Assembly (NCBI GenBank): GCA_029260905.1
Contig: JAJDCH010000002.1
Span: forward strand, 79,546-143,545
Direction: 5' to 3'
Origin: Candidatus Levyibacteriota bacterium
Lineage (GTDB): Bacteria; Patescibacteriota; Microgenomatia; Levybacterales; UBA12049
Length of the DNA: 64,000 nucleotides
Shown: piece after piece, positions 39,318-48,434 of the stretch
Numbering within the stretch: position 1 is the stretch's first letter
Layout of the letters: every line of letters begins with the position of its first letter
Position numbers and translations under genes: made by a program
The notes under the pieces: model-generated
Databases searched by the model: none
Told to the model about the DNA's origin: nothing
What the model saw: only the letters and a program-made list of their open reading frames with translations

Positions 39318-40280
39318 ATGGCAAGAATTGTTGTAGCTGGTGGTGCTGGCTTTATTGGATCGCACCTATGTAGAAAGCTTATAAATGATGGACATAGCGT
39401 TTTTTGTGTTGATAATTTAATAACTGGAGACAAGAAAAATATCACATCGCTTCTTGATAATCCTGCTTTTAGCTTTTTTAATATTGATATTAGTAACAGT
39501 CTTGATACAATCACTCAGCGAATTGGTGATATCAATTATATTTTCAATTTAGCAAGTCCTGCAAGTCCAAATAAAAATTCAGAAAAAAGCTATATTAATT
39601 ATCCGATCGAAACCCTGGTTGTAAATTCAAAAGGTACTCAAAATTTACTTGATCTAGCAAGAGAAAAAAAAGCTGTTTTTCTTTTTGCATCAACCTCAGA
39701 AGTTTATGGAGATCCTAAAGAATCTCCACAAAAAGAAACATATTTTGGCAATGTAAATCCAAATGGCGTAAGGTCTGTTTATGATGAAGCAAAAAGATAT
39801 GGTGAAGCAATTACTTTTGCCTACATGAGAAAATATGGAATTGATGCAAGGATCGTCAGGATTTTTAATACATATGGTCCATTTATGCAAAAAGATGATG
39901 GACGCGTGGTAACAGCATTTATAAATCAAGCGCTTGAGGGTTTGCCGATAACGATTTATGGAGACGGGAAACAGACAAGAAGTTTTTGTTTTGTGTCAGA
40001 CATGGTTGAGGGTTTGGTAAGGCTTGGAATCCAAGCTGGCTTGTCAGGTCAGATCGTAAACCTTGGAAATCCTGATGAGCGGAATATATTTGAAATCGCT
40101 GAAAGAATAAAAGAAATGACAGGAAGCAGTTCAGAAATTGTTTTTGAAGAATTGCCAGAAGATGATCCAAAGATAAGAAAGCCCGACATAACACGTGCTA
40201 AAGAAGTTTTGGGCTGGGAGCCAGCAGTAAGCCTTGAAGAAGGACTAAAACAAACAATAGAATATTTTCGGAATTTCTAA
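39318..40280 (+). CDS. UDP-glucuronate decarboxylase (UDP-xylose synthase-like)
   Basis: IVVAGGAGFIGSHLCRKL, YDEAKR, 320 aa, UXS/ArnA-decarboxylase family. Confidence 0.75.
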   Translation: MARIVVAGGAGFIGSHLCRKLINDGHSVFCVDNLITGDKKNITSLLDNPAFSFFNIDISNSLDTITQRIGDINYIFNLASPASPNKNSEKSYINYPIETLVVNSKGTQNLLDLAREKKAVFLFASTSEVYGDPKESPQKETYFGNVNPNGVRSVYDEAKRYGEAITFAYMRKYGIDARIVRIFNTYGPFMQKDDGRVVTAFINQALEGLPITIYGDGKQTRSFCFVSDMVEGLVRLGIQAGLSGQIVNLGNPDERNIFEIAERIKEMTGSSSEIVFEELPEDDPKIRKPDITRAKEVLGWEPAVSLEEGLKQTIEYFRNF

Positions 40281-40291
40281 TTATTAATAAT

Positions 40292-41527
40292 ATGAGAATA
40301 GCAATAATACTTCCAACGTATAATGAACGGGAAAATATAAAAAAAATGATTCCGCTTCTTGAGAAGAAAATTTTTCCTCAGATTAAAAATCATCAAATGG
40401 ATATTTTGGTAGTTGATGATAAATCTCCAGATCAAACGGCAGAGCAGGTTAGGTCTTTCATGAAGAAATGGAAAAATATAAAACTTCTTGAAGGAGATAA
40501 AAAAGGTTTGGGTTTTGCGTATGTGCGGGGAATGAAACATGCAATTGAGGATATGAAAGTAGATGCTGTTATGGAATTTGATGCTGACTTTCAGCATGAT
40601 CCAAGAGATATTCCTCGTTTGATTAAGGCTTTGGACAAGGGCGCTGATCATGTGATCGGAAGTAGGTATATAAAAGGTGGATCGATTCCAAAGGAATGGA
40701 GGATTGAGAGAAAATTTCTTAGCATTTTTGGGAATTTATTTACCAGATTTATCTGGCTTAATTTTAATATTCATGATATGACTTCGGGTTTTAAGCTTAC
40801 TAAAACCTCTTTTATTAAAAAAGTTGATCTAGACAATCTTTTTTCAAATAACTTTGCTTACAAAATGCATATTCTTCACGATGTGATAAAAGCAAAAGCC
40901 AAAGTAGTAGAGGTGCCAATAAAATTTCTTGAGCGGGAAAATGGAAAAAGTAAGATTAGCAAAAAAGACCAATTTGAGTCTTTTTATGTTGTTACCCGTC
41001 TTGGAATTTATGACAGAAAAAGATTTGTCAAATTTCTAATAGTCGGCGGGACAGGATTTCTGATTCAGATTCTGACGCAAGAGATAACCATAAATGTTGG
41101 ATTCGCTCTTTTTATTGCAGGTTTTATAAGCATTTTGATTAGTTATTTTTTTCCTCATTCAGACATCAATTCCTTGTCTCAGGGAGTTGGCGCGGGTTTT
41201 GGGGCTGAGGCTGCAATTCTTTCAAACTTTATGTTTAATAATTTCTGGACATTTAGTGACACTAATAAAATAAAAGATAGTTCTCATTTTTTAATAAAAC
41301 TTTTCAAATTTAATTCAACTTCATTTGCATCAATTGTTATTCAATCTCTTGCAGTCTGGTTGGGTGTGAAAGTATTTGGAGATAATCTAAATATTTTAGG
41401 TTATATTATTCCTATAAGAATCTTGATTGTTATTCCGACAATTATTTTTTTGGTTATACCATTAAATTATATTATTTATAATAAAATAATTTGGAAAACG
41501 CACAGGTTAAAGAAAATTTCTAATTAA
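40292..41527 (+). CDS. GT2 polyprenol-phosphate glycosyltransferase fused to a GtrA-like membrane domain
   Basis: IILPTYNEREN...VVDDKSPDQT (DPM1/ArnC-like) followed by a C-terminal ~130-aa 4-TM GtrA-like region. Confidence 0.7.
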   Translation: MRIAIILPTYNERENIKKMIPLLEKKIFPQIKNHQMDILVVDDKSPDQTAEQVRSFMKKWKNIKLLEGDKKGLGFAYVRGMKHAIEDMKVDAVMEFDADFQHDPRDIPRLIKALDKGADHVIGSRYIKGGSIPKEWRIERKFLSIFGNLFTRFIWLNFNIHDMTSGFKLTKTSFIKKVDLDNLFSNNFAYKMHILHDVIKAKAKVVEVPIKFLERENGKSKISKKDQFESFYVVTRLGIYDRKRFVKFLIVGGTGFLIQILTQEITINVGFALFIAGFISILISYFFPHSDINSLSQGVGAGFGAEAAILSNFMFNNFWTFSDTNKIKDSSHFLIKLFKFNSTSFASIVIQSLAVWLGVKVFGDNLNILGYIIPIRILIVIPTIIFLVIPLNYIIYNKIIWKTHRLKKISN

Positions 41528-41588
41528 CCTAATTTCCAAAATTGTTTATTGGGATTTAGGTTTTGGTTAGAACAGTTAGAAATTAACA

Positions 41589-43151
41589 ATGAAAAAAAAA
41601 CTAAACATAATTTTACTTTCCTTAATCCTTCTGCTTTCCGCTTTTCTCAGGCTTTACAAAATTTCGGATTATATGGTTTTTCTTGGAGATGAGGGACGAG
41701 ACGTGTTGGTTGTAAAACAAATCCTTGAGGGTGATCTTACCTTGCTCGGTCCCAGGTCGAGTGCAGGAGATTTTTTTACAGGACCTGTCTATTATTATAT
41801 GATTGCGCCTTTTCTTTGGTTATCAGGACTTGATCCTGTTGGCCCTGCAGTTATGATTGCGCTTTTGGGAATTGCAACTGTTTTTTTGATTTATTATGTC
41901 GCCTCAAAGTTTTTTAATAAAAGCGTTGGTCTGGTTGCAGCTTCACTATATGCAGTTTCTCCACTAGTTGTTGTATATTCACGATCTTCCTGGAACCCTA
42001 ATCCAATGCCGTTTTTTACACTTCTTTTGCTTTATGTTTTATATCTTGCTGTGCAAAATAAATCATGGAAATATTTTTTGGCAGTAGGATTTTTATATGG
42101 CATTGCTTTGCAGCTTCACTATATTGAGCTTTTTGTCGGTGTGATTGTTTTTTTCTTTACACTTTTTAGCTATTTCTATTTAAAAAGAAAAAATGTTTTT
42201 GTTTTGATTAAGCAATACTTGTTACTTCTTGGAGGTTTTTTAGCAGGTTTTTCTCCATTCCTTGCTTTTGAAATAAGGCATGGTTTTCCAAATACACGTA
42301 CGATTTTAAATTTTATTACAAATGGTGATCAAACAGGTGTGGATCTCTCGCACATGAATTCTATCCAGATAATAAAAGATGTTTTTTTCAGAGTTTTTGC
42401 ACGGACTCTTTGGGATTATCCAGCTATTGATTCTCAAAAATTATTTAATCCAACCACTCTTTTAATTTGGCAAATTGTGATTGTTCTTGGAGCTTTTGCA
42501 TCGATTTATTATCTATTTAGAATTAAGAACAGGCTTGTTTTGGCGCTTCTTTTTATGTGGCTTTTTTTTGGTGTAACTCTTTTTGGTTTTTATGAAAAAA
42601 TTATAAATGATTATAATTTTGAATTTTTATTTCCTTTGCCTTTTTTGCTGACGGGACATTTGCTTTATAGGATTTATAAGGAAAAAAAGTTTAAATTTTT
42701 AGGAAAAGTTGTCGCAGTTAGTGTTTTTCTTTTTATTTTTATTCATAGTTTTTATGGTTTACCATTTAGAAAACCAGCAAATAGACAGGTCAATCAGGCA
42801 AGGACAATATCTGAATTTGTTCTTTCAAAGACAAATGATAAACCATTTAATTTTGCATTATTAACTGGTGGAAATTCAGATCATGCATATAGATACTTCT
42901 TCAGTCTGAATGATCGTGATCCTGTTATTATTGAAAATCCTGAGAAAGATCCAGAAAGAAAGTCTGTTTCAGACCAATTGATGATTGTGTGTGAAGATAT
43001 TAATTGTAGGCCACTTGGTCATCCGCTTTTTGAAGTCGCTGGATTTGGAAGAGCAGAAATAGATGGGGAATGGGATGTTTCTGTTGTTAAGGTTTACAAA
43101 CTTGTTCATTACAAAGGTGATGGATCTGAGTTCTCAGAGGATAAAAGATAA
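41589..43151 (+). CDS. GT-C family glycosyltransferase (ArnT/PMT-like)
   Basis: 520 aa, ~12 TM helices, DE motif in the first extracytoplasmic loop (LGDEGRD). Confidence 0.6.
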   Translation: MKKKLNIILLSLILLLSAFLRLYKISDYMVFLGDEGRDVLVVKQILEGDLTLLGPRSSAGDFFTGPVYYYMIAPFLWLSGLDPVGPAVMIALLGIATVFLIYYVASKFFNKSVGLVAASLYAVSPLVVVYSRSSWNPNPMPFFTLLLLYVLYLAVQNKSWKYFLAVGFLYGIALQLHYIELFVGVIVFFFTLFSYFYLKRKNVFVLIKQYLLLLGGFLAGFSPFLAFEIRHGFPNTRTILNFITNGDQTGVDLSHMNSIQIIKDVFFRVFARTLWDYPAIDSQKLFNPTTLLIWQIVIVLGAFASIYYLFRIKNRLVLALLFMWLFFGVTLFGFYEKIINDYNFEFLFPLPFLLTGHLLYRIYKEKKFKFLGKVVAVSVFLFIFIHSFYGLPFRKPANRQVNQARTISEFVLSKTNDKPFNFALLTGGNSDHAYRYFFSLNDRDPVIIENPEKDPERKSVSDQLMIVCEDINCRPLGHPLFEVAGFGRAEIDGEWDVSVVKVYKLVHYKGDGSEFSEDKR

Positions 43152-43204
43152 TGACTTCAAATTTTGGATTCTCCAAATAAGTAATAAAATTATTTCTCTA
43201 AGGC

Positions 43205-43236
43205 AAAAACCCCTCACCAAAAGATGAGGGGTTTTT
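43205..43236. terminator. bidirectional intrinsic terminator
   Basis: AAAAA-CCCCTCA-CCAAAAGA-TGAGGGG-TTTTT. A GC stem flanked by an A-run and a T-run, between convergent genes. Confidence 0.7.
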
Positions 43237-43279
43237 AGATGTTCCTTGAAGTTCTTTAGAAATCTTCAAGGATATTAAA

Positions 43280-43423
43280 CTACTTTGATCCGATTTTGTA
43301 CATTCCTGTACCACAATCAGGACATTTTGATTTCAATGCCGGCTTTCCGTTTTTCATCGTAACCTTTTCTGGGTTATCGACTTCTTTTTTTGCTCGACAT
43401 TTTACACAATACATGCTTGCCAT
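43280..43423 (-). CDS. small zinc-ribbon protein (DUF5679-like), 47 aa
   Basis: Not in the ORF track because it is under 60 aa. MASMYCVKCRAKKEVDNPEKVTMKNGKPALKSKCPDCGTGMYKIGSK has a CxxC...CxxC motif. Strong RBS AAGGAGGTGA 7 nt upstream. Confidence 0.65.
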   Translation of the reverse strand: MASMYCVKCRAKKEVDNPEKVTMKNGKPALKSKCPDCGTGMYKIGSK

Positions 43424-43463
43424 ATTCTAATCACCTCCTTTCAGATAGCTAAAAAATTTAGCT

Positions 43464-43790
43464 TTATAACCTGAAAAAAATTTTTGCTATAATTTCAAAT
43501 ACGATTATAAAGCTGCTAAGATAAACTGTTTTTAACAAGTTTTTTTGGATTGATAGATGATCAATATTGGTTGTATTTTTTTCCTGAATAGATTGATTTT
43601 GGATTTTATTAAAAGTATAAGATTCCATACTTGGAAGCGACATGTAGTCTGTGGTTTGGACTGATGATTGGGGATTTTTGGGAGATTTAGTCTTCTCTTT
43701 AGCAAGAGTTTTTTTTGTGCTTGAAACACTTATCTCATGTCTCAAGTCGGCCATTATTTTTTCTTTCTTTGTTTTCTTCTTCTTAGCCAT
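43464..43790 (-). CDS. hypothetical Lys-rich protein with C-terminal hydrophobic segment
   Basis: 108 aa, MAKKKKTKKEK N-terminus. No recognisable family. Confidence 0.35.
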   Translation of the reverse strand: MAKKKKTKKEKIMADLRHEISVSSTKKTLAKEKTKSPKNPQSSVQTTDYMSLPSMESYTFNKIQNQSIQEKNTTNIDHLSIQKNLLKTVYLSSFIIVFEIIAKIFFRL

Positions 43791-43848
43791 GAGTTAGCCT
43801 AGATTACACTATTGACTTGCGACGTGTCAAGAGGCTAATATAATTCTT

Positions 43849-44316
43849 ATGCAGTTTTATATATCTCTAGTAGTGATCTTAATTGTTCTAATATGGCTTT
43901 TGGTGCTTACTTATTATTTAAGAAGAATAACATCTAGCTATGCGCTTTTTACACAAGGCGTACATAAGAAAACTCTTGAGGAGGTTTTGACTAGAATGCT
44001 CTCAGGTTTGCAGGTAGCAAAAAAAGATATTGCAGAGCTGACCAAAAGGTGTGCTACAATAGAAAAAGACGGTGAGTATCATATTCAAAAGATAGGGCTT
44101 TTGCGTTTCAATCCTTTTAAAGATACAGGAGGAGATCAAAGCTTTGTTCTGTCAATGATTGATGCTCATGATACTGGAGTAGTTGTTACGGCACTTTATT
44201 CAAGATCAGGTACTAGGTGGTATGCAAAAAAAATTAAAAATGGAAAAGGTGTTGATCATGAGCTCTCAGAAGAAGAAAAAAAGTCTTTAAAGCACGCAAA
44301 GGAAATTAAAGAATGA
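43849..44316 (+). CDS. hypothetical membrane-anchored protein
   Basis: 155 aa, N-terminal TM helix. Precedes and overlaps the DUF3048-like gene. Confidence 0.45.
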   Translation: MQFYISLVVILIVLIWLLVLTYYLRRITSSYALFTQGVHKKTLEEVLTRMLSGLQVAKKDIAELTKRCATIEKDGEYHIQKIGLLRFNPFKDTGGDQSFVLSMIDAHDTGVVVTALYSRSGTRWYAKKIKNGKGVDHELSEEEKKSLKHAKEIKE

Positions 44317-45473
44317 AAAATAAAGCACTAATCATAATAGCAGTAATTATTTATATCGCATCAGCTGGCTTGTCATATGCTTTGTTTTCAAATGTTCCTG
44401 CTCTGGGTGGAGATGGCCCTGCAGATATTGCCGCATCAAAAGGAGAAATTAACAATGATTATGAGGCTCTGACATTTAATGGTGGTCCTAAAACAGAGGA
44501 GTGTCCACTAAATGGCGCAAAGTACTCTGAAGCTCAGAGAAAATGGTGGGAAACTCATAGACCTCTTGGTATTATGGTAGAAAATCATGTTGATTCTCGT
44601 CCCCAATCAGGACTTGGTTTTGCTGATGTAGTTTATGAAGCTGTTGCAGAGGGTGGTATTACTCGTTTTTTGGCAGTTTATCATTGTCAGGATGCAGGGA
44701 TTGTGGGGCCTGTTAGATCGGCAAGAACTTATTTTCTTGATTACATATCAGAATATGGCGAATATCCTTTGTACGCGCATGTAGGTGGCGCAAATACACC
44801 AGGACCAGCAAATGCTCTTGGACAAATTGATGAGTATGGTTGGGGGGCATATAATGATCTGAATCAATTCGCGATCGGGTTCCCTACTTTCAGAAGAGAT
44901 GAATCTCGTCTTGGTCGCTCAGTTGCCACAGAACATACTATGTATTCTGTAACAAGTAAGCTTTGGGAAGTTGGCTCAGATCGTGGTCTTACAAATGAAG
45001 ATGAGGATGGAAATTCATGGGACGAAGAATTTACGCCTTATTCTTTTAAAGAAGATAAGCCAGGCGCATCAGCTCAGACAGTTGGTGTTAGCTTTTGGGA
45101 TAGTGCAGGATATGCAGTAGAGTGGAAATACGATCCTGAATCCAATTCTTATCTCAGATCTAATGGCGGATCAGTGCACAAAGACAGAAACACCAACAAG
45201 CAAATATCAGCCAAAAATGTAGTTGTTCTTTTTATGACTGAGGGTCGGGCAAATGATGGTTATGAAGGCAATCTTCACATGCTTTATGGCACGAAGGGAA
45301 CAGGCAAAGCAAGTGTTTTTATGGATGGAAAAAGGATAAATGGTACATGGAAAAAGTCAGGTCGCACGGGAAGAACCGTCTTAGTTGATTCAACAGATTC
45401 TGAGATAGAATTTAATCGTGGAAAGATCTGGTTCATGATCCAGCCTCTAGATGGTCTAGTTACCTTGAAATAA
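44313..45473 (+). CDS. DUF3048-like secreted/lipo-protein
   Basis: 386 aa with a signal anchor. PVRSARTYFLDY block as in YerB-type DUF3048 proteins. Confidence 0.45.
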   Translation: MKNKALIIIAVIIYIASAGLSYALFSNVPALGGDGPADIAASKGEINNDYEALTFNGGPKTEECPLNGAKYSEAQRKWWETHRPLGIMVENHVDSRPQSGLGFADVVYEAVAEGGITRFLAVYHCQDAGIVGPVRSARTYFLDYISEYGEYPLYAHVGGANTPGPANALGQIDEYGWGAYNDLNQFAIGFPTFRRDESRLGRSVATEHTMYSVTSKLWEVGSDRGLTNEDEDGNSWDEEFTPYSFKEDKPGASAQTVGVSFWDSAGYAVEWKYDPESNSYLRSNGGSVHKDRNTNKQISAKNVVVLFMTEGRANDGYEGNLHMLYGTKGTGKASVFMDGKRINGTWKKSGRTGRTVLVDSTDSEIEFNRGKIWFMIQPLDGLVTLK

Positions 45474-45517
45474 GCCTAAAATTAGTTGACAAAGTGATCT
45501 GGAAAGTTCTATTCTGA

Positions 45518-47767
45518 TTGTATACAGCATATCTTGCTGGTGTATTCATGGATTATAAAAACAAAAAAGATCATAAAGCTGGCAAGAAAAGGCTAATTCG
45601 GGTAAATAAAAAAAAGGGAATAAATCTTCTCTATGCTGCATCAATTGCTTTCCTCCTCCTGATGACTCCACTTATAGTCATCCAATCCCAGCAAAGGACA
45701 CAGACACAAACTCAGGCAGCGCCAGCATGTATAGACAGAAAAACTGAAGATGCATGTGGAACGAAGGGGTGCGAATGGATTCCTCTTAAATGTGTCGGAA
45801 AAGAACAAAAAAATGATGCTGAATGTAAGCGAAGTGGAGTTGGCTTGCGAAATGAGTCAGGTTGTTTTTTTCGTGTAGCAGGTGGTGCAATACGACCAGC
45901 TCTTATTTGTAGACCACAATCTGGTACGGGAAAATGTGTCCAAAGAGCAACAGACCCTTCAAAGGAAAAAAAATCTATTGGGGGCAGTTGTACAGCAGAT
46001 TCGCAATGCGAGAGCGGAATTTGTGGACAACATCTTACTTGTGCTTCTACTCGCTGTAGCTCTTGGGGTAATCCAACTGATTGTAGTAGTGATAAAGCAA
46101 ATAAATGTGAATGGTCAGGAGGGCAAGGGGGTAATTGTATTGTAAAATCTTCAGCTGCGCCACCTGCAGCTAGTGGTAGTAAACCTTCAACCGGAACAGG
46201 CACAAATAATGGTACGACAACTGGTGGGTCAAACTCAGGTCCCGTTGCGTGTTCTTCAACTCCAAGCAATGATAATCAGTGTGCTAATGCTGGTGGAACT
46301 TGTGTTACTGATGCAGCGTTAGTTGGTGCAAAAGATGGAGACAAGTATGGAAATGGAACTGTCAAGACCTGTCTATGCTCAGGAGGGAATAATAGACGGT
46401 GTGTGGTGCCATCTGGAGGTGGTGCTCCTGCTGGGACAGGTTCAGGCGGGGTAGGAGCAGTAGATAAAGCAGATTATTGCACAGACGTTGGAGGAAAGGA
46501 GTGTAATGGCAATGATGTTTCTCTTTCAAATTCAGGTAGCTGTGGTGTTACTCGAAAATGCTGTAGGCCCGAAGGATCTTCAAGAACAGGAGCCTGTAAC
46601 ACTTCTCCTGCATCGGGCTCAGGAAGTGGGACTGGATCCTCCTCATCTGATTTTGATGCGAAATGTTATTTGGATAGGTACCCAGATGTCGCAGCAAATC
46701 CTGTTTATGGAAAAGATCCAGAAAGACATTATAATGAGCATGGAAAAGCAGAAAAAAGAATTCCTGGTTGTGATTCTTCTCCTGGTGCTGGTGGAAGCAT
46801 AGGCAAAGCTTGTCCAAAAGAGAAGGGATACTCAGGGGGAGACATAGGACCTGATAGCAAACCATGTCCAGTGATTCCTGATGATGCCAAAGGAGACCTG
46901 ACAATAAAACTTGATGGAATTTCAACTGATCCAAAAACAGATCCTAGAAATTTTGTTGCAAAGATTTATCCAGACAAGGATGTTGCAGGTAAATCTGGTT
47001 TAGCAGGTGCTGGTCAGGGTGTTGGCGGTGTGCCAGGAGACCCAGCAGTAAAGGCCGCCGCCGCCTACACAGCAACAGGCGAGTTGAAATGGGACAAAGT
47101 TTCAGGAGACTTCAAAAATTCTGAGTTTAAATTCCCAAATGTTCCCGATGGGGAATATCAGATCGTTGTACAGACAGATAGATATCTTGATGCTCAGCTG
47201 GTCAAAAGCGATGGAAACAAAGTCATTGCTCTTGGCCCAGGTAAGACATTTGCTGCAACAGCAACTATGTATGGTGGAGATGCAGGACCAAGTGTAAATC
47301 CTCCGCCATACGGGGATAATTTCGTAAATCTTCTTGACTACAATTTGGTACTTGGTTGTCTTGATGATAATGCGGTTGGGGTTTGTGAGGATACGGATTT
47401 TAATAGAGATGGTAAGGTGGATCAGAAGGACGTAGATATAGTGGTAGCATGTTCAAATGATAGTACTGGTGATAAATGTGATGGTTCTGATTTGAATAGA
47501 GATGGTAAGGTGGATCAGAAGGACGTAGATGTTGTTAAGGTATGTTTGGGAGGGGTCTGTAAGAAGAATAAGGAACTTGCTGATCTAAATGACGATGGTA
47601 AAGTAGATAAAGCAGATCTAGATATTGTTTCAAATAATTTTGGAAGAGTGGGGTTTGCATTTGAAACAGCAGAATTCAAGTGCGCGCCTGATCCACTATG
47701 TGAAGCAAAGGGAACAAGTATTCAGCTTTGCACCCTCGTCTGCTCTAGAAAGCAAGATCGAAGCTAA
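45518..47767 (+). CDS. large Cys/Gly/Ser-rich surface protein with C-terminal dockerin-like Ca-binding repeats
   Basis: 749 aa with a signal anchor and many CxxC/CxC pairs. Three DxNxDGKVDxxDxD loops at aa ~625-710. Confidence 0.6.
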   Translation: MYTAYLAGVFMDYKNKKDHKAGKKRLIRVNKKKGINLLYAASIAFLLLMTPLIVIQSQQRTQTQTQAAPACIDRKTEDACGTKGCEWIPLKCVGKEQKNDAECKRSGVGLRNESGCFFRVAGGAIRPALICRPQSGTGKCVQRATDPSKEKKSIGGSCTADSQCESGICGQHLTCASTRCSSWGNPTDCSSDKANKCEWSGGQGGNCIVKSSAAPPAASGSKPSTGTGTNNGTTTGGSNSGPVACSSTPSNDNQCANAGGTCVTDAALVGAKDGDKYGNGTVKTCLCSGGNNRRCVVPSGGGAPAGTGSGGVGAVDKADYCTDVGGKECNGNDVSLSNSGSCGVTRKCCRPEGSSRTGACNTSPASGSGSGTGSSSSDFDAKCYLDRYPDVAANPVYGKDPERHYNEHGKAEKRIPGCDSSPGAGGSIGKACPKEKGYSGGDIGPDSKPCPVIPDDAKGDLTIKLDGISTDPKTDPRNFVAKIYPDKDVAGKSGLAGAGQGVGGVPGDPAVKAAAAYTATGELKWDKVSGDFKNSEFKFPNVPDGEYQIVVQTDRYLDAQLVKSDGNKVIALGPGKTFAATATMYGGDAGPSVNPPPYGDNFVNLLDYNLVLGCLDDNAVGVCEDTDFNRDGKVDQKDVDIVVACSNDSTGDKCDGSDLNRDGKVDQKDVDVVKVCLGGVCKKNKELADLNDDGKVDKADLDIVSNNFGRVGFAFETAEFKCAPDPLCEAKGTSIQLCTLVCSRKQDRS
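47402..47530 (+). repeat. two perfect 36-bp direct repeats (47402-47437 and 47495-47530) encoding dockerin loops
   Basis: aatagagatggtaaggtggatcagaaggacgtagat occurs twice, 93 bp apart. Confidence 0.9.
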
Positions 47768-47858
47768 GATTAAAATTAAGAAGCTCGTTTGTGATTCCAA
47801 TTTGATACTGTATTAACTCCTTGACTCCATAGATAATTAGCGATAAAATGAGCAAAAT

Positions 47859-48434
47859 ATGTTTGCAGATTTAATAACCTCCAAAACAAGAGTAAAGCTA
47901 CTGAAACTTTTTCTCACGCAACCTTCGGAAATGTACCATGTGCGAGAGTGTGTAAGACGAACAGAAGAAGAAATAAATGCAGTGAGACGAGAGTTGATAC
48001 TTCTTGAAAAAAAGGGAATTCTTCAGAAAGAACCACGTGCCAATAGAGTTTATTATTCACTTTCCAAAGAATATCCATATTATTACGATTTACTTCGAAT
48101 TGGAGCAAAGACAATTGGTCTTGGAAGGGCAATTATTGATAATAGAGCAAAAATTGGCAAGATAAAATATGCATTTTTTTCAGGTCGTTTTGTAAGGCGC
48201 ATCAAAGAGTCGCCTGAGGAGGTTGATTTGATGTTAGTTGGGACTGTTGTTCTTCCTGAGTTATCTCTTCTTGTCAGAGCTGAAGAATCAAGACTTGGAA
48301 CAGAAATTAACTATACTGCAATGACAGAAGATGAGTTAAAATTCCGCAAAACCAGAAATGATCCTTTTCTGGCTGGGATTCTTGCAGGATCGCGAATAAT
48401 GCTTATTGGGGATGAGGAGAGTATGCTTTCATGA
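47859..48434 (+). CDS. winged-helix DNA-binding protein with C-terminal nucleotidyltransferase-like domain
   Basis: 191 aa. N-terminal wHTH, then a DLMLVG segment. Overlaps the secD start. Confidence 0.4.
   Translation: MFADLITSKTRVKLLKLFLTQPSEMYHVRECVRRTEEEINAVRRELILLEKKGILQKEPRANRVYYSLSKEYPYYYDLLRIGAKTIGLGRAIIDNRAKIGKIKYAFFSGRFVRRIKESPEEVDLMLVGTVVLPELSLLVRAEESRLGTEINYTAMTEDELKFRKTRNDPFLAGILAGSRIMLIGDEESMLS

Noticed and set aside
45712-46269. 185-aa minus-strand ORF, plus several 60-130-aa ORFs, inside the dockerin-protein gene
   Set aside because: They are antisense to a long, motif-rich plus-strand ORF. Open antisense frames are expected in this locally GC-rich, Gly-codon-rich stretch.
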